64,000 bases of DNA. Origin: Tidjanibacter sp. (GTDB taxonomy: Bacteria > Bacteroidota > Bacteroidia > Bacteroidales > Rikenellaceae). Shown here piece by piece: positions 31,611 through 40,405 of this stretch. The notes below the pieces were generated by a model. The model made no database searches, was not told the origin of the DNA, and saw only the letters and a list, made by a program, of their open reading frames with translations. Positions within the stretch are counted from its first letter, which is position 1, and the number at the start of each line of letters is the position of its first letter. The translations under genes were made by a program, and so were the position numbers. The stretch spans positions 2,726 through 66,725 of the forward strand of contig JAFVSY010000109.1 of assembly GCA_017503465.1 (NCBI GenBank), read 5' to 3'.

Positions 31611-31641
31611 TTTGACCGACAAGAGAAAGATGAGAGCGACA

Positions 31642-32514
31642 ATGAAACGATTCCTATCGCTTATTGTAGCCACTATGGTGGTTTTGGGAGGCTGCGCCAA
31701 TCAGAAGATGGAGCCTCCCAAGCCCCATAAACCCACGCCCAACCCCTCCGAGCAGTTACCCGAGCAGGGCGAGGATGAGTACGACGTGTTCCTGCTCATC
31801 GGCCAGAGCAATATGGCAGGTCGTGGCACAATGCTGCCCGAGGACCTTGCCGGCCCCATCGAGGGGGTCTACCTGCTCGACACCGAGGGCAAGGTGGTGC
31901 CTGCAACCAACCCGCTGAACCAATACTCCACCATCCGCAAGGAGATGAAACACCAGCAAATCAACCCCGGTGTGGGCTTCTCCAAGAAGGTCCACGCCGC
32001 CACAGGGCGCAAGATACTCCTGGTGGTGAACGCACGTGGAGGCTCCAACATCAACGAGTGGGCCAAGGGCAAGACAACCACTTTCGACTACACCGATGCT
32101 TTGGGCACCAAGTCGAGCGTGAGTTTGTCGTTCTACGACGAGGCCATAAGGCGCACCAAGCAGGCCACTGCCCACGGCACCCTGCGTGGCATCTTGTGGC
32201 ACCAGGGCGAGTCGAACAGCAGCAACCCCACGGGCTATATGGACAAACTGAAAGCCCTCGTGTCGGGCTTGCGCGCGGAGTTGGGCAACGTGCCCTTTGT
32301 CGCGGGCGAAATTGCGCCGTGGCACACCAATAGGGAGAAGTTCAACCCCATCATCAGGACCATAGCCACGGAGATACCCAACTCCGATTGGGTGTCGAGT
32401 GAGGGGTGCGATATGCTCAAGGACGAGAGCGACCCCCACTTTGGTCGCAATGGCCAACTGCTGCTGGGCGAGCGCTATGCCGAGAAGATTCTGCGAATGG
32501 TCTACGGCAAGTGA
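31642..32514 (+). CDS. SASA/CE6-like carbohydrate O-acetylesterase lipoprotein
   Basis: LLIGQSNMAGRG, ARGGS, WHQGESN and DPHF (DxxH) motifs; lipobox LGGC. Confidence 0.85.
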   Translation: MKRFLSLIVATMVVLGGCANQKMEPPKPHKPTPNPSEQLPEQGEDEYDVFLLIGQSNMAGRGTMLPEDLAGPIEGVYLLDTEGKVVPATNPLNQYSTIRKEMKHQQINPGVGFSKKVHAATGRKILLVVNARGGSNINEWAKGKTTTFDYTDALGTKSSVSLSFYDEAIRRTKQATAHGTLRGILWHQGESNSSNPTGYMDKLKALVSGLRAELGNVPFVAGEIAPWHTNREKFNPIIRTIATEIPNSDWVSSEGCDMLKDESDPHFGRNGQLLLGERYAEKILRMVYGK

Positions 32515-32520
32515 GAGGAA

Positions 32521-32550
32521 TTCAAAATGCAAAATGCAAAATTCAAAATT
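32521..32550 (+). repeat. Heptamer tandem repeat T(T/G)CAAAA x4
   Basis: ttcaaaa tgcaaaa tgcaaaa ttcaaaa. Confidence 0.7.
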
Positions 32551-32551
32551 G

Positions 32552-32713
32552 ACAAACCCCTCCGCCTACGGCACCTCCCCTAACTTAGGGGAGGAGCGGC
32601 CACAGGCCGTTTTGTGTAGTGGCAAGGTCGGCACGCTTTCCAACCTTGTGATGCCTTCCAACCACTGCTCCCCTAAGTTAGGGGAGCTGGCGCAAAGCGA
32701 CTGAGGGGTCTGT
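32552..32713. mobile_element. MITE/REP-like palindromic element
   Basis: Terminal inverted repeat ACAAACCCCTC / GAGGGGTCTGT (10/11); internal palindromes CTCCCCTAA(C/G)TTAGGGGAG at 32575 and 32668. Confidence 0.55.
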
Positions 32714-32760
32714 GAAGGCAAGCGAGGGCAGAAATGAATTAAAAATTCAAAATTGATGGC

Positions 32761-32857
32761 AGAGAGGGAAGTTAGGGAGGTTAGAGAGGTTAGGGACAGA
32801 AAGAGCCTCCAAACTCCTTACACTCCTTAAATTCCCTAAACTCCCTAAACTCCTAAA
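32761..32857. repeat. Inverted arrays of 9-mer repeats (GGTTAGGGA / AAACTCCCT)
   Basis: Three G-rich units followed by five complementary C-rich units; a related array occurs at about 40406-40478. Confidence 0.65.
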
Positions 32858-32861
32858 GCCC

Positions 32862-32885
32862 CGGGTATTAAAAAAGATACCCAAG
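32862..32885 (+). repeat. 24-bp palindromic site, copy 1 (CGGGTATTAAAAAAGATACCCAAG)
   Basis: Identical to the reverse complement of 59368-59391. Confidence 0.85.
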
Positions 32886-32946
32886 GGCAAGAAACAACAG
32901 AAAACCAAACAAAAACCAACAACCAAACAAAAACCAAACAAACCGT

Positions 32947-33072
32947 ATGAAAATGCCTTATTTGCCTCCCTGCGTGGAGGAACAACCCATTGCCATTGAG
33001 CAGGGTATCGCCATTTCGAATGGCTTCGAACTGACTATTTCCGACTTTAGCGACGAAGAAACCGCTTGGTAG
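32947..33072 (+). CDS. 41-aa small acidic peptide MKMPYLPPCVEEQPIAIEQGIAISNGFELTISDFSDEETAW
   Basis: ATG after an A/C-rich leader; YxxP motif; TAG stop 38 nt before the next gene. Too short for the ORF track. Confidence 0.7.
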   Translation: MKMPYLPPCVEEQPIAIEQGIAISNGFELTISDFSDEETAW

Positions 33073-33110
33073 TGTGTATAAATGTTGAACGACAAAAAAA
33101 GAGAAAGACT

Positions 33111-34610
33111 ATGAAAAAGATTTATACCTACCTTGCAATGTTTGTAGCCGCCGCAACAATGGTGGCTTGTGAGAACGCCCCCGAGGGCAACGTAACCCCC
33201 GATGCAACCGGCAAACCCATCGAAATCACCATTGGCGACTTGAGCCGTGTGATGCTTGGCGAAGATGGCAAAACCATCACTTGGAAAGAGGGCGATGTTC
33301 TCGGCCTTTTCCACGTAATCAATGGCGCAGTGTCGCCCACCGGTAACAACTCGACCTACACCGTTACCGAGGTGTCTGAAGATGGCAAGACTGCCAAAAT
33401 CACTGGCGATGCAACTTGGAGCGGCACCGAGAGCGATGAACACGAGTTCTACATCTACTACTCCCGCAGGAACAACGCAGATGCAACCCCCACCGCTTTG
33501 CTGAAAACTCTCACATCGGCACAAAAATACAACACAAAACACTCCGCTTGGGAGAACTTCGGCAACTATATTTTTGCTTATGGCAAAGCCACAAGTTATA
33601 CCTATGGCGGGAATGTTGTCTTTGATGCCATTAACCCCTACTTTGGAATGTTGCGTCTGAACATCACCAACAGCACCGGTGAGGACATCACCATTTCTGA
33701 GGTAAATCTCGCCAACGAGACCGAGTTTATGGTTGGTACCCACTCCATTGACCTGACAACTCCCAATGCTCCCATTGTGTACACTCAAAATCAGAAGAAA
33801 TCTATTCCTTTGGAAATTACCAATGGTGAGGTAGCCGCAGGCGAGTCTATTGATGTTCGCTTCTTGGTAAGTGCAAAAGACTACTCGGCCGTTGATTTCT
33901 CCGTTGTCGTAACCAGCGACAAGGGTGCTCACCCCGCGGTTACGTTCAAAGGTGGTAACATCGGCTATGGTGCTCGCGCATCGAAGTCGATTACCATTGA
34001 GGCTGCTCCCACAAGCGCCTACAAGGTTGGCGATGTGTTCAATAACGAAGGCGTAATATTCTGGATATCGGCAGACAAGACTCAGGCGAAAATCGTAGCA
34101 GGTCCAAGCGCGAAGAAAGCGTATTGCACAGACAAAACTACCGTAACAAACACAACTTCCGCAAACAATGCAGAAAACCTCAATGACGGCACCAGGAATA
34201 TGGCTCTTGTTGCAGCAGTGGATCCAGGTTACAGCAAACACCCTGCATTCAAATATTGCGCTGATATGGGCGAGGGTTGGTATTTGCCTGCCCGCAGAGA
34301 GGTTAAAGCGCTTATTGCTGGATATCACGGAGTAGCAACCTATGATGAAGTATCTGCTGATGGTGTAGACCCCGCAACACCAGACACCCCCTGTTATTAC
34401 TTCAACAACCAACTCAAAAGCTTAGCTGGTGGTGTGGCTCTTGATTCCAAGTCGGGAGGTGGCGATAGCGTATTCACTTCTAATGAAAAAGATGCAGCAA
34501 ATGCACATTATTTCAACGTAAACAAAAAGCAAACAAGTGATCCTTCTGGTGCAAAGACTAGTACTTCTCGCTATGCTCGTTGCATCAAGGTTGTTTCTTT
34601 GACCGAGTAG
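33111..34610 (+). CDS. Fimbrillin/type V pilin-like lipoprotein with C-terminal DUF1566/C-type-lectin-like domain
   Basis: Lipobox MVAC; SR...TWKEGDVLGLF pilin N-terminal motif; YKVGD...GVIFW...WYLPARRE...ARCIK. Confidence 0.75.
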   Translation: MKKIYTYLAMFVAAATMVACENAPEGNVTPDATGKPIEITIGDLSRVMLGEDGKTITWKEGDVLGLFHVINGAVSPTGNNSTYTVTEVSEDGKTAKITGDATWSGTESDEHEFYIYYSRRNNADATPTALLKTLTSAQKYNTKHSAWENFGNYIFAYGKATSYTYGGNVVFDAINPYFGMLRLNITNSTGEDITISEVNLANETEFMVGTHSIDLTTPNAPIVYTQNQKKSIPLEITNGEVAAGESIDVRFLVSAKDYSAVDFSVVVTSDKGAHPAVTFKGGNIGYGARASKSITIEAAPTSAYKVGDVFNNEGVIFWISADKTQAKIVAGPSAKKAYCTDKTTVTNTTSANNAENLNDGTRNMALVAAVDPGYSKHPAFKYCADMGEGWYLPARREVKALIAGYHGVATYDEVSADGVDPATPDTPCYYFNNQLKSLAGGVALDSKSGGGDSVFTSNEKDAANAHYFNVNKKQTSDPSGAKTSTSRYARCIKVVSLTE

Positions 34611-34683
34611 TGACAAACCTATTGGGCAGGTGGGTAGTAAAGATGTGTGTGGTCGCCCACTGCCAAAAACCAATAAAAACTCG

Positions 34684-34710
34684 AACCGAGGGCCTAAAAA
34701 CCCTCGGTTT
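34684..34710 (+). terminator. Hairpin terminator after the pilin-like gene
   Basis: AACCGAGGG-cctaaaaa-CCCTCGGTT followed by T/A. Confidence 0.6.
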
Positions 34711-34809
34711 AACTTAAACCAAGTGCTCCTATGTCGTGATAATTCATTATCTTTGCATTAGCACTTTGTTTTTCCGAAACAACGCAAACAAACGCAAAAC
34801 TACCATACT

Positions 34810-37437
34810 ATGAAGCACTACACAAAACTACTCATCGCGCTCTGTGCCGTGCTCACACTCGCACACAGCGCAAGCGCAGCACGCATCGTGCGCACCATCG
34901 ACTCCGGATGGAAGTTCGCACTCACAACCGACCACGCCGCAGCCGTAGACTACAACGACTCCGGCTGGGAAGCCATCCGACTCCCCCACTCGTGGAACGC
35001 ACACGACTCCTTCGATGACACAGAGGGCTACACCCGCACCATCGGTTGGTACAGGCGCACGCTCCATCTGCCCGCCCTCGCCGACTCTCGTTACACCCTC
35101 CGCATCGGTGCCGCTAACCAATATGCCGAGGTCTACGTGAATGGCACACTCGCAGGCACCCACACGGGTGGTTATCTCGCCTTCAGCCACGACATCACAC
35201 CCCTGCTCCACGCCGGCGACAACACAATCGCCATCAGGGTGGACAACTCACACAACCCCGACATCGGGCCCCTCTCGGCCGACTTCACCTTCTACGGCGG
35301 TATCTACCGTAGTGTGGAACTCATCGAAACACCCCAAACCAACATCTCGACCACCTATCACGCCACAAAGGGTATTCTTGTGCGCACCCCCGAGGTGAGT
35401 GCCGAGGAGGCCACCGTGGAGGTGGAGGTGCTGCTTTCGAGTGTGGCCAAGCAGAAGGCCGAAGTGGTGGTGGAAATCATTGGTGCCGATGGCAGTGTGG
35501 TTGCCTCCAAGAGTCAAAAGGTGCGCCTCGCAAAGGGTGTCATCAACCACTCCGAGCGCATAGCCCTCACACTCAAAGAGCCCAAACTCTGGGATGTGGA
35601 GGAGCCCAATCTCTACACCGCACGTGCATCGGTGGTAGTGGACAAGGAGGTCATCGACTGTGTGAGCGACCGCTTCGGCGTGCGATACTTCACCTTCTCC
35701 CCCAATGAGGGCCTCATCCTCAACGGCCGACACGTGAAGCTCATCGGCACAAACCGTCACCAAGACTATCCCGAACTCGCCAACGCCCTGCCCGATGCAA
35801 GGCACACAGCCGATGTGGAACTCCTCAAAGAGATGGGGGGCAACTCGCTCCGCGTGGCACACTATCCCCAGCACGAGCGCATTATGGAGGCCTGCGACAG
35901 GCTCGGCATTGTTACCTCGGTGGAAATCCCCCTTGTGAATGCCGTGACCATCTCCGAAGCCTTCACCCACAACACCCTCGTGATGACCGAGGAGATGCTC
36001 TATCAGAACTTCAACTCCCCCTCGGTGTTCATCTGGGCCTATATGAACGAGATTCAACTCCGACACCCCTCCACCGACAAAGAGTGGCTCAAAAACGAAT
36101 ATTTCCCCTATCTCACCGGGCTCGCAAAGCAGGTGGACGACCGTCTGCGCACGCTCGACCCCACCCGCTACACCCTGCTGCCTTGTCATCACGCACCCAA
36201 GCGTTACATTGAGAGTGGTATCGCCGCAGTGCCCCAAATGCTCGGTTGGAACATCTACTCCGGTTGGTACAGCGGTAAGTTCAAGGACTTCGAAAAGGCC
36301 CTTGACAATCTCCACGCACTCTTCCCCAATCAGATTCTCACCGTGAGCGAGTATGGCGCCGATGCCGACAGCAGGCTCCACAGTCAGGCCCCCGAAAGGT
36401 TCGACTACACCCTCGACTACTCCGAGCTCTACCACGAGCACTATCTGCCCGAAATACTCAAACGCAATTTTATCGCCTCGGGCAACGTGTGGAACCTCAA
36501 CGACTTCGGCTCCGAGAGTCGTGGCGATGCCGTTCCACACACCAACCTCAAAGGCCTCAACACCTTCGACCGCAAGCACAAAGACGTCTTCTACTACTAC
36601 AAGGCCGCCCTCACCAAAGAGCCCGTGGTGCACATCTGCAACCACGCTTGGGCTAATCGTGCAGGTGCCGAGACCGCAAAGGGCACCTCCACACAGCGCG
36701 TCAAGGTCTACACCAACCAACCCTCCGTGGAACTCCTACTCAATGGTCAGTCGCTCGGCACTCGCAAGGTGGAAAACTACCACGCCATCTTTGAGGTCCC
36801 CTTCGTCGATGGCGACAACGCCCTTGAGGCCCGCACCGCAGGCGGCAAGGATTTCTACGTCTGCAACTTCGACCTTGTGGAGCAGCGCAACCCCGAAGAA
36901 CTCAACGTGTTGCTCGGTAGCAACCGCTACTTTGAGGAGCCCATCACCGGCGTAACGTGGATTCCGGAGCAGGCCTACACCATCGGTTCGTGGGGTTACA
37001 TCGGAGGTGAGCAGGCGCGTCAGCGTTCACGCCACGGCTCGCAACCCGCCTCCGCAGCCGCCATCAACAGCACCGAGTGCGACCCGATGTATCAGACCCA
37101 GAGGAGTGGTATCGAGGCCTTCCGTGCCGACGTTGCCCCGGGTAACTACTCCGTCTACCTCCACTTCGCAGAGTTGGCCGGCAAGGTCAAGGCCTCGGTC
37201 TACAACCTCGGTAACGAGGCCATTGGCAGCGAGGGCGAAGAGAGGGTGTTTGACGTGTCAATCAATGGCGTGAAGGTGCTCACCGACTTCGACATCGCAG
37301 CCTGCGTGGGTGTCTACACTCCGCTGGTGGAGCGTTTCGAAGTGGATGTGAAGCAGGGCGAGAGCCTCATTGTGGAGTTCACTCCCAAGAAGGGCGCACC
37401 CGTGCTCAACGCCATATCCATTCGCAAGAATTTTTAG
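34810..37437 (+). CDS. GH2 beta-galactosidase/beta-glucuronidase with C-terminal malectin-like domain
   Basis: LPHSWN, ADFTFYGGIYR, NRHQD, RVAHYP, WAYMNE, VSEYGA; VYLHFAE...RVFDVSING. Own TATCTTTG promoter at 34748. Confidence 0.92.
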   Translation: MKHYTKLLIALCAVLTLAHSASAARIVRTIDSGWKFALTTDHAAAVDYNDSGWEAIRLPHSWNAHDSFDDTEGYTRTIGWYRRTLHLPALADSRYTLRIGAANQYAEVYVNGTLAGTHTGGYLAFSHDITPLLHAGDNTIAIRVDNSHNPDIGPLSADFTFYGGIYRSVELIETPQTNISTTYHATKGILVRTPEVSAEEATVEVEVLLSSVAKQKAEVVVEIIGADGSVVASKSQKVRLAKGVINHSERIALTLKEPKLWDVEEPNLYTARASVVVDKEVIDCVSDRFGVRYFTFSPNEGLILNGRHVKLIGTNRHQDYPELANALPDARHTADVELLKEMGGNSLRVAHYPQHERIMEACDRLGIVTSVEIPLVNAVTISEAFTHNTLVMTEEMLYQNFNSPSVFIWAYMNEIQLRHPSTDKEWLKNEYFPYLTGLAKQVDDRLRTLDPTRYTLLPCHHAPKRYIESGIAAVPQMLGWNIYSGWYSGKFKDFEKALDNLHALFPNQILTVSEYGADADSRLHSQAPERFDYTLDYSELYHEHYLPEILKRNFIASGNVWNLNDFGSESRGDAVPHTNLKGLNTFDRKHKDVFYYYKAALTKEPVVHICNHAWANRAGAETAKGTSTQRVKVYTNQPSVELLLNGQSLGTRKVENYHAIFEVPFVDGDNALEARTAGGKDFYVCNFDLVEQRNPEELNVLLGSNRYFEEPITGVTWIPEQAYTIGSWGYIGGEQARQRSRHGSQPASAAAINSTECDPMYQTQRSGIEAFRADVAPGNYSVYLHFAELAGKVKASVYNLGNEAIGSEGEERVFDVSINGVKVLTDFDIAACVGVYTPLVERFEVDVKQGESLIVEFTPKKGAPVLNAISIRKNF

Positions 37438-37460
37438 TAAACACCTGATATCATCACACA

Positions 37461-37494
37461 AAAGCCGCCCGCACTAATCGTTGCGGGCGGCTTT
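37461..37494. terminator. Bidirectional terminator
   Basis: AAAGCCGCCCGCA / TGCGGGCGGCTTT between convergent genes. Confidence 0.8.
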
Positions 37495-37524
37495 GTTGTG
37501 GCCAACAAGCCCGAAAACGGGGGG

Positions 37525-37815
37525 CTATTTCACAATGATGGTACCTATGAGGTCGCTCCCGAGGATTGAGTTCATCTCGTAGCGAAAGTTCTCCCTGTTG
37601 ATGAAAATCTCGTGGCGCAGCACACTCGGCCCAACCTTCACGTAGAGCACCCCACGCACAAAATTGACCTGCGTGGCATCGGCAATCTGCTCGCCTGCAA
37701 CTCGGCGCCACACGTCCGGAATGGAGCCCTCGGTAATCTTGCGCTCAATCTCGGGGTGTTCACTCTTGAAGTTGCTCCAAATCTCGCCGAACAACATTGG
37801 CTTACATCTTCTCAT
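37525..37815 (-). CDS. DUF721/DciA-family protein
   Basis: W..VAGEQIA..T....GVLYV....VLRHE pattern; downstream of recF. Confidence 0.75.
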   Translation of the reverse strand: MRRCKPMLFGEIWSNFKSEHPEIERKITEGSIPDVWRRVAGEQIADATQVNFVRGVLYVKVGPSVLRHEIFINRENFRYEMNSILGSDLIGTIIVK

Positions 37816-37868
37816 TGCAGGGGTGGGTTTTATACAATGTGGTTATGTTCTGAAAATAGGCAGTGTGT

Positions 37869-38975
37869 TTACTCTTGCTCGGCGGGGGTAATCTCGCCCT
37901 CGGCAACATCCCACAGGCGGAAGGGTAAGTTGTTGTTTTTCAACACCGAGATGAGCCTCTCGCGGTTGCAGTCGGTGATGAAAATCTGCCCAAAGTCGCC
38001 ACCCGCCGTGAGTTCCATAAGGCGCGAAAGGCGTTGCTCGTCGAGTTTGTCGAAGAGGTCGTCGAGCAGCAGCAAGGGCTTCTCGCCAAGTCGCTCGGCC
38101 AGCAGGGTGTATTGGGCCAACTTGAGGGCCAAGAGAAACGATTTCTGCTGTCCCTGCGAGCCATACTTGCGCAGTGGGTAGCCGCCAATCTTCATCACCA
38201 CATCGTCCCTGTGGACACCCACGTTGGTAAACCCACACACGAGGTCCTTCTGGCGTGCACCACGCAGCACCTCCACAAAAGGCCTATCGCACAGGTCGGA
38301 ACGGTAGAGCAACTCCACGGGTTCGTGGTCGTCCGCAATGGTGGCATAGAACCTTTCCACCAGCGGAGCCAAGCGGCCCACCACCTCCTTGCGGGTGGCC
38401 GACACCTTCTCGCCCAGGTCCGCCAACCTCTCGTCCAACACGTCCAGCAGTTCGGGCACCATATATTCGCCCTGCTTGAGGAGGGTGTTGCGCTCGGCCA
38501 ACACACGATTGTAGCGCATAGTGTTGTCGAGATAGGGGTGGTCAAGTTGGGAGATGAAGGCATTGAGCCAGCGGCGGCGTTCATCGGCCGAGTCGCTCAC
38601 AAGGGCCCCATCGGCAGGCGACTCCATCACCACAGGCACCGCGCCAATGTGGTCCGCAAGGCGTTCATACTCCTTTCCGCAGAATTTGAGTGTTTTGCCC
38701 TTGCCTTTGCCAAAGGCACAAGTCACGGCCACCGCACGGTCGGTGTCGGTGGAGTAGTCGCCGGAGAGCATAAAAAACTCCTCGCCGTGCCTGACACTCT
38801 GCCCGTCGGTCATCGCAAGCGAACTCTTGCTCATCGAGAGGTAGTGGATGGCATCGACCACGTTGGTCTTGCCGGCTCCGTTGCTGCCCACGATGCAGTT
38901 GATACCCTCGCAGGGGACAACCTCACCCTCGGTGATGTTCTTAAAGTTGAGTATGGAAAGTTTTTTCAAACGCAT
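37869..38975 (-). CDS. recF: DNA replication and repair protein RecF
   Basis: NFKN, GSNGAGKTN Walker A, GSQGQQK, LLLDDLFDKLD. Confidence 0.95.
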   Translation of the reverse strand: MRLKKLSILNFKNITEGEVVPCEGINCIVGSNGAGKTNVVDAIHYLSMSKSSLAMTDGQSVRHGEEFFMLSGDYSTDTDRAVAVTCAFGKGKGKTLKFCGKEYERLADHIGAVPVVMESPADGALVSDSADERRRWLNAFISQLDHPYLDNTMRYNRVLAERNTLLKQGEYMVPELLDVLDERLADLGEKVSATRKEVVGRLAPLVERFYATIADDHEPVELLYRSDLCDRPFVEVLRGARQKDLVCGFTNVGVHRDDVVMKIGGYPLRKYGSQGQQKSFLLALKLAQYTLLAERLGEKPLLLLDDLFDKLDEQRLSRLMELTAGGDFGQIFITDCNRERLISVLKNNNLPFRLWDVAEGEITPAEQE

Positions 38976-39116
38976 TTTTTGCAGGTTTTGACCTCTCAAA
39001 GATACTAATTTTGCCCGAATAGAGAAAAAAATTTCGCTCCCACTACCGTTTTTCCACAAAAAGGTTTACTTTTGTGGTTCGAACCAAAGTGTGAACAAAC
39101 GTAAAAACAATAAATT

Positions 39117-39803
39117 ATGGCAACTAAAAAGAATCAGGAAATCACTCACGAGGAGGTTGTAACCGAGGCCGTGAGCAAAACCGAACAGTTTTTTCAGAAG
39201 AACGAGAAACTCATCACCTGGGTGCTCGTTGCAATCATTGTAATCATTGGCGGCTACTTCGCCAACAAATATCTCATCGCACAGCCCCGCGCTGAGAAGG
39301 CTTCGGCCGAGATGTTTGCAGCCGTTCAGCAGTTCAATGCTGAGCAGTGGCAGGTGGCTCTCGATGGCGATGGCAACAACGCCGGCTTCATTGAGGTTGT
39401 GGAGAACTATGCTACCACTCCCCAGGGCTCGCTCGCAGCACACTACGCAGGCGTGGCTTACCTCAAACTCGGCGACAAAGAGAACGCTCTCAAGTACCTC
39501 GGCAAGTACCGCAAGGCTTCGGGCGCACCCGCAGAGATTGTGAACGCACAGAACGCAGGTTTGCAGGGCGACATCTACGCCGATGGTGGCAACCTCAAGA
39601 AGGCTGCAGCCCTCTACCAGAAGGCAGTTAAGGCCAGCGACAACTCGCTCACCGCACCCGTCTACCTGAAGAAACTCGGTATGGTAGAGGAGCAGTTGGG
39701 CAACACCGCCGCTGCACTCGAGGCATACCAGCGCATCGCCGACGAGTACTACAACTCGTTGGAGGCTCGCGATATCGACACCTACATCGGTCGTCTGCAA
39801 TAG
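39117..39803 (+). CDS. Membrane-anchored TPR protein (YfgM-like)
   Basis: One N-terminal TM helix, ALDGDG motif and TPR helices; typical recF-divergent position. Confidence 0.8.
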   Translation: MATKKNQEITHEEVVTEAVSKTEQFFQKNEKLITWVLVAIIVIIGGYFANKYLIAQPRAEKASAEMFAAVQQFNAEQWQVALDGDGNNAGFIEVVENYATTPQGSLAAHYAGVAYLKLGDKENALKYLGKYRKASGAPAEIVNAQNAGLQGDIYADGGNLKKAAALYQKAVKASDNSLTAPVYLKKLGMVEEQLGNTAAALEAYQRIADEYYNSLEARDIDTYIGRLQ

Positions 39804-39837
39804 GCTGACAAAGACGCAAAGGTGCGACGCACACCAC

Positions 39838-39875
39838 AAAAGGGTTGGGTTTTCCAACCCTTTTTGTTATCTTTG
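39838..39875 (+). promoter_or_regulatory. Terminator hairpin followed by a TATCTTTG -7 promoter for the ribH-like gene
   Basis: AAAAGGGTTGG-gtttt-CCAACCCTTTTT, then TATCTTTG at 39868-39875. Confidence 0.6.
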
Positions 39876-39932
39876 TGGTTGATAGAGGAAACGCCTACCT
39901 TATATAATATAAATAACAAACACCACCCTGCT

Positions 39933-40340
39933 ATGACAGCGATGAAATTTGGCTTTGTGATTGTGGAGGGCTGCGGCGAAGAGAGCCTTGCAGCCGAACA
40001 AACACTCCACCACCTCACCGAGGTGGAGGGCGAAATCGAGTGCCACCGAGTGCCCGGCACTGCCGAGACGGTGTTGGCGGCCAAGTGCTTTGCCGAACTG
40101 ACGAGCGTGGATGCAGTGCTGGTGTTTCTGCCCACATCATCGACGGTGGAGCCTTCGGTGCTGACCGCCACCCTGGAGGGGCTCACGGATATTGTTCTCG
40201 ACTGGAATATGCCCATCGTTACCACCATCTCCTACCCCGATGGGGCCTCGCTTGCACACGCTGCCGTAACAATGGTGGAGATGCAGATTGAGATGGAGCA
40301 GAAGGCCGAGGGCAAGATGGTTGATACCTCGGTTAATTAA
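39933..40340 (+). CDS. Degenerate lumazine synthase (RibH)-like protein
   Basis: KFGFVI, VPGTAE..LAAK, VDAV and MPIV match the RibH scaffold and synteny, but the catalytic motifs are missing. Confidence 0.65.
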   Translation: MTAMKFGFVIVEGCGEESLAAEQTLHHLTEVEGEIECHRVPGTAETVLAAKCFAELTSVDAVLVFLPTSSTVEPSVLTATLEGLTDIVLDWNMPIVTTISYPDGASLAHAAVTMVEMQIEMEQKAEGKMVDTSVN

Positions 40341-40405
40341 AAAAAAAGGGGGGGAGCACCCCCAAGGGCGGACAAGGGCAATAGGGCCTGTTGGCTGACC
40401 GCAAA

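Noticed and set aside
32515-32946. CRISPR array
   Set aside because: No constant repeat with unique spacers of regular length, and no cas genes.
32891-32946. A/C-rich low-complexity leaders (also 22381-22437, 34775-34809) as a novel repeat
   Set aside because: Unstructured A-rich 5' UTRs are the normal SD-independent initiation context in Bacteroidota.
34721-34766. Invertible promoter (AAGTGCT...AGCACTT around TATCTTTG)
   Set aside because: The inverted repeat is only 7 bp, the enclosed segment is very short and no recombinase is nearby.
30321-34810. Complete diversity-generating retroelement
   Set aside because: No reverse transcriptase or adenine-variant template repeat in the window. 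The two tips differ at all base types.
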